A stretch of DNA of 64,000 bases from positions 1,773,927 through 1,837,926 of the forward strand of contig OZ316898.1 of assembly GCA_973895155.1 (NCBI GenBank). The letters are read 5' to 3'. The stretch is from Marsupella aquatica (Eukaryota; Plantae; Marchantiophyta). Position 1 is the first letter of the stretch. Each line of letters opens with the position of its first letter. Position numbers and translations under genes: made by a program. Below the pieces are notes generated by a model. The model searched no databases and had not been told where the DNA came from. It was given only the letters and a program-made list of their open reading frames with translations. This document shows, in pieces, positions 24,238 to 35,909 of the stretch.

Positions 24238-25802
24238 AATGACGATCGCCTCGGATGTCGCGCACGAAGAGTTGGAGCGCATCAAGGCTTTCAGACTCCC
24301 CAATTTCGTACCTCCCTACCCTTACGCGAGAAACCCATTTGCCGATCGATCAGGCGAAAGCCGACGCCTCCAGTTGGGTGGAGGAATACTATCTGCATGA
24401 GATTTACAAGACTCCTCAGGAACTGCAAGCACTTCGATCACAAAGCTGATGTCGCTGAGTTCGCAATGGTGGCATATCTCGATTGCGGTCAAACGGAATC
24501 CAAGTGGGTAGCCAAATTGTACACTTGGTGTACAATTTATCCTTGATGATCGCATGGATGATAACACTAACTTCTGCTCTCCGGAGAAATCGATTGCGTT
24601 CTTTTCGGAGTTCCATCTGGTGCTCATGTGGTCGTTTCCCGATGACGAGCAATTCTACAAAAAATTCGTGGAGTCCCTGGACGAGGCTGACGTCACTGAG
24701 CGGTCCCAGGCTTTGAACTATTTGCACTTGAAGCTGGATGCGGCGAGGCAGAATGTAGCCACAGGTGAATGCGGCGAGGCAGAATCTAGGCACAGGTGAA
24801 TTATGTATCATTATGTCTTAACTCTCTTCAGGGTTTTTCCTTTTTTAAGTAGACGTACTTGCATCCTCTCCGGACGTACTCTAGATCAGGTCAGAATAAC
24901 AGATAGAAATGGTCAATATGGATGCTCCGAAGCCTGTTGCCCATTCTACCTCTAGGGTTGGTGTATCCAAATCAAAATGCATGGAAGACTGATTTCTGTT
25001 CCATGTCACACTTAAAACGTGCAGTGTACGACACTTCGTCACCTCAAATTCATCCGCTCTGCAAGGCGTTTCGTGAGCTTTGGGCCGAACTCTGCGAGGC
25101 GATGCCTCATGACTTCTAGCGCAGATGGGGCCTCCTGCTGCAGGATGAGCTTCTTGAAAATTTCAAGGAAGTCAGCATTCGCAAAAGCAAAACTATCCAG
25201 ACTGTTGAAGACTACATTGTATGGCGTAGGCCTTCTGTCGGCGCTTGCGGGGTCGCGGTAATTCTCGGATTTCCATTTATGCCATGTTCATGCCATGCCG
25301 TCCCCCACTCGTTGTAGAACGAGGCATCGTTCTTTAGCTTTCCTGTGATCCTGAGGCATCGGCCAGGTTATAAGCCTCAGGTTTCATGACAAGGGGTGCG
25401 ACGTACAGAACACTCATTCAATTCGATAATTTAGTTATTCACGAGAGCAGTCAAAGCATGTACATTTTATATACGACATTTGCAGGCCAGGCCACGCTAG
25501 GCTAGGGTAGGTGGATTTATCTAGGTTTTATGAATATTAAGATTTGGATACAGCTTCAGTTGGAGACTCCAAGCGTGCATTTAGATTCCTGCGTGCTTAC
25601 GCTGCAGTACCTCATGCAGCTTATTTCCATTGAATCTCTTCCCATTTCTTGTTCTGGTTCAAAGTCTTTAACTGAGATCTTCTTTGGTTCAGGTACTTGT
25701 CCAGTTGGATAAGGTACATTTCGTTACCCGGAAATGCAGTGCTTCCTTAATGCTGCCGGTGACGCCTTTGGATGGCACAATGACCCTTGGTCATTCCAGA
25801 AG
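24238..25802 (+). pseudogene. MTPSL (pseudo): MTPSL pseudogene, tandem duplicate of 16196-18575; DNA homology spans ~24038-26190
   Basis: Exons 1-3 and introns align to the intact copy. Frameshifts in exon 1, in-frame TAG at 25117-25119, deletion in exon 3, NSE motif changed to NDPWSFQK. Exon 4 is absent; homology stops in intron 3. Confidence 0.9.
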
Positions 25803-26399
25803 GTCCGTGTGAATATCATTGTCTGCGACTATATATGCATGGTCTAGCACATGCTTAGAAGGTACGTGTGAATATCATTGTCTGCGACTATATATGCATG
25901 GTCTAGCATATGCTCAATTGGTAGCTAGCTGTCTAACGACTAGTCCAGCATTTAGACCATGTTCAGTCACGCTGCCTTGATCTCTGAACAGCGGCTCTTT
26001 TGTCAATTAAATATGAGCGGCTCGGTACGTCTTTTGTCAATTAAATTTTGTAGTAGTTCGGCTCCTGTGCCAGATTTTTAGAGAGTGACAAACAATTTCT
26101 TCCACCTCAAAGCGCTGGTTGCTCTCATGGGATCGCTAAACGCCTAGATCATGCATGCTCCCCGTTTGTCTCAACAACACTATTCTGACCTAAGTACGAA
26201 AGGTCAAACTTGGTTCAGGGTTTACTAAAGATTGGGGATAGGATATTATAGTGGTAACAAAAGGTAGAGGGAGGAGAGGTTGATATGCATGGATGGTTAT
26301 GGATGGTACCAAAAGTACTCTCGTGCATTGGCAGCCCACTTTTCTTGCTTAGAAAACAGTGTCACTTTTTCCCTTTACACCAAACACTAAATGTACTTA

Positions 26400-26728
26400 A
26401 TTTATTAATAGTATTTTTCACATGTACATCTTTTTTCACTTTGATATCTTATCTTTTTCTCATCTAGTTTAGTCATCTTTTATCATTTTGACATCTTTAT
26501 CTCATCACAACAACATTCTATTACCTTTAATATTTTTTCTCTCCTCGGTGTTTTTTCCTCATCTTAATTTACATGTTTTCTCACCTTGCAATCTTCGCCC
26601 TGCTCTACAATTTTTTCTCACCTTGACCTATTTTCCTCACCTTGGCATTTTTTTTCACCTCATCTTTTTCTCGCTTCTACATTTTCTCATCTGAATGTCT
26701 TTTGTGCAACGCACAGGTAGTGGGCTAG
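26400..26728 (+). mobile_element. 5'-truncated Helitron of the same family as 1103-2809
   Basis: TTTGTGCAACGCACAGGTAGTGGGCTAG|T at 26701-26729 nearly matches the 3' end of the first Helitron. Preceded by decayed TTTTTCTC..CATC repeats. No 5'-TC terminus identified, so the start is approximate. Confidence 0.65.
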
Positions 26729-26797
26729 TATGTACATGATGCCACGTTCAAGCTCACATTTAGATAGTTACCGAGTAAACCGGTTTGGTAAGTAATG

Positions 26798-29700
26798 TGT
26801 TAGATATTGCTCTAGTCTTGTGACTCTTGTGCTAACCACAGTTAGGCTAACTCGGGTTAGGACCTAGCTAAGGTTAGCGGTAGTGCTGTTGTGCATATAG
26901 CCAGGGCTGATGCCAGACCCTGGTGGAACTTAGGCTCATTGTTACGGAGCTAGTTGAGAGATGGGGAGAGCTTGTGCTGTGGATGCTTGGTATGGTCGGT
27001 TGGCTTAGAGTGCAGTAAAGCTCTTGTGTGTTCCCGTGGACGTAGCCTCATGTGGAGGTGAACCACGTATCTCTCTGTGTCGACTATTGTGCGTTGGATG
27101 GTTCATGGGCTTGCCGTTGCGAATGTCGTCTATGCTCAACAAGTGGTATCAGAGCATGCCTGGGAGGTGACGAGGTTTTTTCATGACAGGTTTTTCCAGC
27201 GTTCATTGTCGATGGTACATTCGGAGTTTCGTCGCATGAAACTCAAATGTATGTGGTTGTGCGGATAGGTTAGTGAGAGGGCTTTCTAACGGTGGTTAGA
27301 ACTCGTTGATCGGTATCCGTGGTGCGGAGGATTTGATGTTTGCGTCGTTCAGGGTTTATTCGTGTTCGACGGTATTTCGGGGGAGAAACCAGAGATCGTT
27401 TCTTCAACGGTGTGAGCTGTGCGGTGTGCGGGGCGTCGCATGTGGTAGTTTAAGTTGAAGGTTGGAGCGTGCTGGTCATTTTGGTATCTAGTTTGCTGAC
27501 GTTTGCGGAACGAGTGCGTCATGACGAGTGAAGGAGGCGTTCTGGTTTTTTGACCAGCTATGGTGCTTGTTTTTCCCTGAACCGGATTACTCGTCGTGAC
27601 GCTTGACTCGGAGGAAGAAACGCGAAGTGCTGACGCTCAACAGAGAGATCATGGCGAGACGGTCGTTTTGAGTCCGGGATTGGCACTTGACGCGGAGTGA
27701 AGGCGACACAACTGAAGTTCTTTCTCTGGTGGAGCTTCAGACGTGCCGGTGCAATTCGGAAACATTTTCATGTCGGCGGTCATCACTTTTCTCATTGGAA
27801 ACCAAAGCTGAGGCGGCTAAGGTTTGTAACACGGCCTTTGTGTCATTTTGGGCACATTTTTAAGGTTAGTTTAGGGCATTTTTTGCCCCAATACGGCCCC
27901 AATACCTGACAAACCAGGTTTGCCATACGCCCCGGCGCGCACACCGGCTTCCCACACCCCTTTAAGCGTGAAAATGTGCTTTTTTGGGCCCAAATACGGC
28001 CAAAAACGCCCATATACGGCCCAAAAACGCAAAAATACGCGCGTTTTGACCCCTTTAAACCCGTTTTTCCACATTTTTTGCTGTTTATACGCGATTCTGG
28101 CCGCGAATACGCGCGCCTTTGCCAGGGGCTTTAAGACCCCTTTAGAGTGTGTTTTTCTGAATTTTTTTTTCTCCTCCTCATTGGTTGTGCCTCATTCCAG
28201 GCCCTGTGACCCTCCGTTTTAACCGCTCCGACAAGGGGAACGGCCCCCTGTGAGCCCTGTTGGACTGTGCGGGAATATTCCTGAAAAATAGAGAGCTATT
28301 TTTTGGCCGTCACACAAAGATTCCGTCCGCCGCACGGTAACTTTTTTGGTTCTTTTTTGGTGAGGACGTTGCCACTGGAGTTAGCAACGCGGCACACCGA
28401 TCACATCGTGATTCCGACGATAGGTTGTACTTGGTATTTCGGTTATTCTCCGAGGTGGTCAAAACGGGAGAGTTTCCCAAGGTTTTCCCCACCCCGACCG
28501 AAATTTGAATAACTTTTCTGTCGAATTTTGATTTTGATTTCGGATTTCAGTATTGGACTCCTAGCTTCGTGGGCTACGCGGCGGTGTTGAGTTTTGAGTT
28601 TTATGAGAAGTTTCGAAAAAAGATGTTTTTTCGTGATTGTTTCATATGAGTGACTCGGAGGATACTAGAAGAATTGGCGTCGGTGGAGCTTCAGGATCGC
28701 GACGGTCAGACGGAGAGTCTGAGGAGGAGCTGCTACCGTTTGAGGAGGAACTTATAACACCGGTACAATCACCGGTGCGGCGTGCAATGGAGGAAGCTGT
28801 GTTACTACCAGAGCTGTCGGTAGTAGGGAAGAAGAGGGAGATGGCTAGATTTGGAGGAGTGAAGTTTGAGGTGTAGAAGTATGATGGTCGTACTGATTAC
28901 TTGCTCTGGGAGAAGCAAGTGAAGGGTGTTCTACGGACCATGGGCTTAGCTCATCTGCTTTCATCGCGAGAGCAGTATGATGGAGAGGAGGAGATTTCAC
29001 TGAGGCAATGGAGACAGGAGCAGGTGATTGCTATCAATGCAATGATGCTATATCTCAAGCCGCACATCATCAAGCAGCTGGATGATTATGCGGATTGTGC
29101 GTCACTATTCAAGGCTCTAAGAGAGAAGTACTATAGGGAAGATGCGTCAGACCGGCTATACAAGAAGTCTCTCTTGATGAGCCTCAGGCTCAAGGAAGGG
29201 GGCAAGATGCAGGATCACCTGGATAAGTTTGACAGTCTAGCGGTTGATCTATCAAACCTGGGAAAAGGAGTTGAAGATGAGGATAAGGCCTTGCTTCTGC
29301 TAAGCTCCTTACCGCCATCATATCAGGGCTGGAAACAGGTGCTCTTGTACAGAGATCTGAAGTCCATTTCGTATAATGAAGTGGTAAGCTCTTTACTGTC
29401 TGATGATGCTCAGAAGAAGTTGGGTCAATCACAGACAGCATCTTCTTTTGGCACTGCGTTCAATGTGAACAGGGGAAGAGCAACGCAACGCACGAATGGG
29501 CAGAACAGGTTTAGATCTACATCACGGGGGAGATCTAAATCCAGAGGAAAATTGCAAGAGAGGAAGCCTCTTGCATGTTGGAATTGTGGCAAGCCAGGCC
29601 ACATGAAAAGGGATTGTCGAGTAAAGGTCCCTACTGCCTCTGCTAACGCAGCATCGAGCTCGCATGAGGTAGATTAATTTACTCGATGATGATGACATAT

Positions 29701-32700
29701 TGTGATGTCAAGGTTATGCTCTCAACGTAGTGTCAAATCCAGGTAGTGATGACTGGATTCTAGATAGTGCATGTACTTTTCACATTAATTTGCTCTAGAA
29801 GAGATTGTTTCAGTTCTTACACAGTTTCCAACGGGTCAGTGTTGATGGGAAATGGAATCCCATGTCAAGTTGTTGGACTTGGATCTGTAAGATTTCAGAT
29901 GTTTGATGGTGCTGTGAGAACATTGAGGAATGTGAGACATATTCCCAGCATGATGAAAAATCTCATTTCACTTGGAGTTTTAGAGGCAAATGGCCATCAG
30001 TGGAGTTCTGCTAATGGTGTCCTTCAGGTTTCAACTGGTACTAAAGTTGTATTGAAGGGAAAGAGATATTGCAATCTATACGTTATGGAGGGCAGTGTAG
30101 TCTATGATGAAGCCAATGTAACCTTATCTCATGAGGAGACGGCCCGGCTGTGACACTTCCGTTTGGGCCACATGAGTGAAAAAGGTTTGGTTATTCTTCA
30201 GAAGAAAGGATTACTTTCTAATTTGCAATCTTGTAAGTTGGAATTTTGTGAGCACTGTGTGCTAGGGAAGCAGCACAGGAAACCCTTCGGAGTTGGAACT
30301 CACACCAGCAAGGAGGTACTTGAGTATGTACATAGTGATGTATGGGGTCCCGCCCCTACTCCCTCACATTCTGGATGGTTATACTATGTCACGTTCATTG
30401 ACGATTACTCAAGGTATGTGTGGATATACTTTCTACACAATAAGTCTGATGTTTTTGCCACTTTTAAGGAGTGGAAAGCCCAAGTTGAAAATCAGACTGG
30501 TAATAAGGTGAGATATCTTTGATCGGATAACGACGGTTAATACAGTTCCGGTGAATTTGGAACGTATTGTAAGGAGCAGGGGATTACCCGCCATCTCACA
30601 ACAAGCTATACTTCTCAGCAGAATGGTGTTTCTGAGAGACTCAACCGAACACTATTGGACCGCTCGAGGAGTATGTTGAGTCAATCATGCTTACCACATG
30701 AGTTTTGGGCTGAAGCTGTCAACACTGCAGCTTATTTGGTAAATTTTTCTCCATCCAGTTCTATTGGATTCAAGACGCCATTTGAAATGAGGTACGGGCG
30801 TCCAGCAGATTACTCACATCTGAGGATTTTTGGATGTGATGCTTATGTGCTTACACCTTCCCAGCTTCGATCCAAGCTGGAGTCCAAGTCGAAGAAGTGC
30901 ATTTTCCTTGGTTATCAGAAAGGTGTGAAGGGTTATAGGTTATGGGATCCAGTAACCTGTAAGCTAATTGTCAGTAGAGATGTGTCCTTTAATGAATCCA
31001 GATCATCAAAGGAGGGGGAGAGTTCTCAGGACTCCCATACTGACAAGGGAAAATCTCCCATCCCGGACCCGGTTGAGGGGGAGATTAGTCATGATGCAGT
31101 TCATGACAGGAGAGATGGAGAAGCTCCAGGCTTGGAGCTGGTTCCTGTGATGGAACAAGAGGAGCAAATTGTTGCTGAGGTACCTCAAATTCAACCAGCA
31201 GCAACAACAGATCAGCCTGAGTCATCTACTAGAAGAACTTCCAGTCGTTCTACTAGAGCTCCTACCAGGTATGGTCAATGGGCAGACTCATCTAAGCTAG
31301 ATGATATTGACATTGCACCTGATGAAGATGATATGGCTTTGATCTTGGAAGAAGGAGAGCCTTCTTCGTATAGTGAGGCTTGTGCTTCAGAGTAGAAGCA
31401 TGAGTGGAATGCAGCAATGCAGAGGGAGTTGCAATCTTTGAGTGACAACAAGACATGGGAGCTGGTGGAGCTTCCAAGAGATCAACAAGTGGTGGACAGC
31501 AAGTGGATTTACAAGTTGAAGGACAGTCCTTCAGAGGGTGGAGATAAGATCTACAAGGCAAGGCTTGTTGCCAAGGGGTTCACTCAGGAGAAAGGAGTGG
31601 ATTACAATGAGATCTTTTCACCAGTGGCTAAGTATTCCACAATTCGGATCTTGTGTCAGCTTGTTGTGTTTTTTAATCTGGTGATGGATCAGATGGATGT
31701 TGTTACTGCTTTTCTCTATGGCAACTTGGAAGAGATGATCTTCATGAGACAGCCACTAGGCTTTATGAAGAAGGGCAAGAGAACTTAGTTTGCAGATTGC
31801 TCAAATCCTTGTATGGATTGAAGCAGTCTCCCAGACAGTGGAACAAGTGGTTTGATGATTTCATGCTTGCTCAAGGTTTTACAAGGATGGTGTATGATCC
31901 TTGTGTGTATACGAAATCAGTCAAGAATGATGTATTTGGTTTCATCATTCTGGTGATCTATGTGGATGACATGCTAATTGTGGCTAAAGATCAATCTGAG
32001 GTTGACAGTCTCAAGGCGAAATTGAGCGCTGAATTTAGGATGAAGGATCTTGGTAAGGCCAAGAGGCTCTTAGGGATGGAGATTTTTAGGAACTCTGAGA
32101 CTGGACAGTTGTGCTTGAGTCAAGGCCAGTATGCGAGGAAAGTACTTGCACGATTCAACATGGAAAACTGTAAGCCAGTGAGTATTCCTTTAGCTTCACA
32201 TTTCAAGTTATCATCGGCTTTCTCTCCTACGGATGTTGTGGAGAAAGGTCTGATGGCTAAGATTCCTTATGAGAAGGTAGTAGGCAGTCTGATGTATTTG
32301 ATGACTTGTACTAGGCCTGACTTGGCCCTAGCGATGGGCAAGGTTAGCAGATTCATGTCAAATCCAGGGAAGGTACATTGGGAAGCTGTGAAATGGATTC
32401 TCAGGTATGTGAAGGGAACACAGGACTATGGATTACTATTTGATAACAGATCAAATAGAACGTTAGTTGGCTATGTAGATTCTGACTATGGAGGCTGTCT
32501 GGATACAAGGAGATCTACAACTGGGTTTGTATACACTCTTGGAGGAGGATGTATCAGTTGGAAATCTACCTTGCAGAAGTGCATATCTCAGTCTACTACA
32601 GAAGCAGAGTATGTTGCAGCAACAGAAGCTGCAAAGGAAGCAATTTGGTTGGATAAGTTGATCGCGGAGATGGGTTTAGAGCATGGAAAAATGACTCTAA

Positions 32701-33478
32701 ACTGTGATAGTCAGAGTGCTCTTCACTTGGCTGCTAACCAGGTGATGGATAGCAGGGTGAAGCACATTGATATCAGGTACCATTTTATCAGGCAAGTAGT
32801 GTCTGATAAAACTTTTGAGCTAGTCAAGATTGATGGAAAGCTCAATCCCGTTGATGCCTTTACCAAAGTGATTCCTTTGGAGAGTTTCTCAAGACACCGT
32901 GCTACTTTGCAGGTTTTGCAGTTGTAATGCAAGTAGAGTTATTTAGCAATGTGTGACTATTTGTATATGGATTACTCATTCCTGTTAGGCTACGGCTTAG
33001 TTCTAGTTAACCCTTAGTTAACCCTTGTGGTTTTTAGGGGGAGACCTGGTTTGGTGATTGTCTAGAACTTCCCGCTGGGGATTCCATATGGTAGCATTTA
33101 GTCCAGTCCCCAAGACAAGAGTCAAGGGGGAGTTTGTTAGATATTGCTCTAGTCTTGTGACTCTTGTGCTAACCATAGTTAGGCTAACTCGGGTTAGGAC
33201 CTAGCTAAGGTTAGCGGTAGTGCTGTTGTGCATATAGCCAGGGCTGATGCCAGACCCTGGTGGAACTTAGGCTCATTGTTACAGAGCTAGTTGAGAGATA
33301 GGGAGAGCTTTTGCTGTGGATGCTTGGTATGGCCGGTCGGCCTAGAGTGCAGTAAAGCTCTTGTGTGTTCCCGTGGACGTAGCCTCATGTGGAGGTGAAC
33401 CACGTATCTCTCTGTGTCGACTATTGTGCGTTGGATGGTTCATGGGCTTGCCGTTGCGAATGTCATCTATGCTCAACA
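26798..33478 (+). mobile_element. Full-length Ty1/copia LTR retrotransposon (Tnt1/Tork-like gag), inactivated
   Basis: 344-bp LTRs TG...CA at 26798-27141 and 33135-33478; TSD TAATG; PBS TGGTATCAGAGC (27144-27155); PPT AAGGGGGAG before the 3' LTR. Confidence 0.97.
28646..32927 (+). pseudogene. Copia gag-pol (gag, Zn knuckle, protease, integrase, RT, RNase H) with stops and frameshifts
   Basis: [67 protein letters not shown] in copia order (IN before RT). Interruptions near 28874, 29675, 30151, 30520, 31393 and 31786. Confidence 0.95.
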
Positions 33479-35909
33479 TAATGTACTTAAAACCAGCTGC
33501 AAATGGTAAGAAGACTGTTTACAAGTCACATTTCAGTCAAAAGCTAGTGTAAGTAGTGTTATTGGAGTCAGTTTAAATGTTTTGAGCGAGTCCATCCAAA
33601 CTTTGCTAGTCCATCTGGGCTTCATAGTCAAAGTGGAGGTCCATCCCGACTTTAGTTTCAAAACCTGCTGCCAACATGATCGATGTACTTTAAATTAAAT
33701 GTGATCTCATTTGATTTGAACAAGTTCTATATTCTTCTTAAGTAGAATAGATGGGACCTCAACCTACATATGACAATCATGATATGATTACTTGTTTGAT
33801 GGGACCATGACTGGGCCCAAGGTAGAAAGCCTTGCATGCTGGGACCATGGGCCCAAGGTAGAAGCCTTGGGTAAACTAGTTGGTCCATTTTATCATTCTT
33901 ACATGACTTGCTTTAGTAGTCTACCAAATGGTGAGGGGGATAAGATCTGGAGTGGGAGAGCTACACTATCCATAGTATATACCCGCATATATAATTATGT
34001 GACACCAAAATTAGAGCCACTCACTGGGTGTTATTGTAATAGTTCATGGGGGAGTTCATACAAGATTGTGTTAGTAACTCATTATTCTATAATTCTCATG
34101 ATAGATTTTGTCCCGGATTTTGTATGAAGTATTATGTATTTTGTGTATTGTGTTCACTAAATGGTGTGAACATTTTTTTCCTTAACCTGAATCACACCAA
34201 TTAAGAATGTTAAGTCACACACTTTACTTTGTATATACTGAGAGTCCACTAGAGTCTCAGTTTTATTAATACCTAGATACTCGTACAGTGTGCAAGGGAA
34301 CACCTCAATTAGAGTGACACCTGAAATAAAGTGAGTCACTTGACCAATAATTAGAGCCTATAACTAAATTGACACTTATAATTAGATTGACACCTGAAAT
34401 AAACTTAAGTGAGTCACAAATTTATGTGAGATGTAAAATTTGAAAGGCTAAGCAATCTTACTAATAATTTGCAAAGTGAAGCTACTTTTAAGGCCTATGG
34501 TCTAGAGTCCCAACTCCCAATAAAGACAAAACTGATTATGAGTCTTTAATAAGCACACAACTTTAAAAAAATGAGAATAAACAAAAACAGTATGGGGCAA
34601 AGATAAAAAAAGGGCCATAAGCAATGATTAAAAAAGGGCCATAAGCAATGATTGACTCTAAATAACAACACAATTGAAAGGAGGGTGGACAAAGAACAAG
34701 ATGGGGCAAAGATGAACCCAAATAGCATACCTAGAATTGTTTCTGTGCAAGCTTTTTCTTTCTTCATATCTTTACTTTCAAGGAATCTTGGGTAAGAGGC
34801 CTAGTTAGTGTAACTTACTAGAGGTGGACAGTGTAGCTCAGAGTCTTAGTGTGACTTCTCATGCATGCACGATCACTCAGTCCCCGTTGCCGAACGGCTC
34901 TATCTAGAGATTCCATGCAAAACTCGTTCAAAAAGTATTCATTTGATACCAATGAGTCCTCTTCTCGTCGTCTTGTCTCCCTCCCAACCCACTTTAGTTA
35001 ATAATTATTCATGTAAACACGGAAGGGAAGTAAGTCTCTAACCTCCCATGCACTGATCTTGGGAAAGTTTGCAACTGCTCTTTCGTATAATTCTAGCTTG
35101 AGATAATTTAGAACCTCGGGCGAGGACAGCATGTAGAGAGCGCTGTGTCCAATTGAAAACGTGATACCAAGATCCACAAGTCACTCTTCTGAGTTGGGTC
35201 GTCGAAGAATGAAGCTTCATAGATAGAAAATCTTCCCAAAATAATGCTCATTGCGATTGATGCCGGAAAAGATAGTCTTAAGTAGATGCTGTACTCCTGA
35301 ACGAGAAGGTCCAGTGCTCCTCTAGTGGCTCTTCATATATCGACGTGCCTGCGTGCTCATGATGTCGGGAGAATGATTAAAGATCTCGGTTCGAATTTTG
35401 TTCGTAAGCCTGATCGAGATGGAGTAACGACATATATCTTTGGCGTAATCAGCTAGTTTTTGCTCTCCGTCCGCACGAAGGAAATTATCGTTTTCACAAG
35501 GTAATTAACCTGCTAGTGTTGTTTGTAAACGGACATTGGGCCGGCTGCCAAATTTCAACAGTTATTTTCGGAGGGAGAAGATAACAATGGATTGGTTTGA
35601 CCCGCACTGGACTTCGATCGAAATGGATTAAATTTGAATAGTGTGCGAAATATGAAATAAGGGGATCCGTCTTCGACATAAGGGGATCAAGATTGGTTGA
35701 TCGATCTCGCCCTTTCATCTTGCTGGTGTGGAAGATCGATGGAGTTCAGGATAATGTCGGTGAAATTAGAATGCCTTGAAGCGAGGAGACTGCAGTACTT
35801 CACATTCTGCTGGCAGTTATGTATGATCAGCAACGCTGAAAGCATTTCATGTGCACTCGCCGCAGGCTTTAGTTTGAGGGAGGCAATAAATTGAAGCTAT
35901 TTCAGACAG

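Noticed and set aside
1103-26728. One giant Helitron capturing the APH, F-box and MTPSL genes
   Set aside because: The two 3' ends are on opposite strands and face outward, and the first has its own 5' end at 2809.
34883-34907. Helitron-like 3' end CCGTTGCCGAACGG...CTAG
   Set aside because: Followed by A rather than T, and no matching 5' terminus found.
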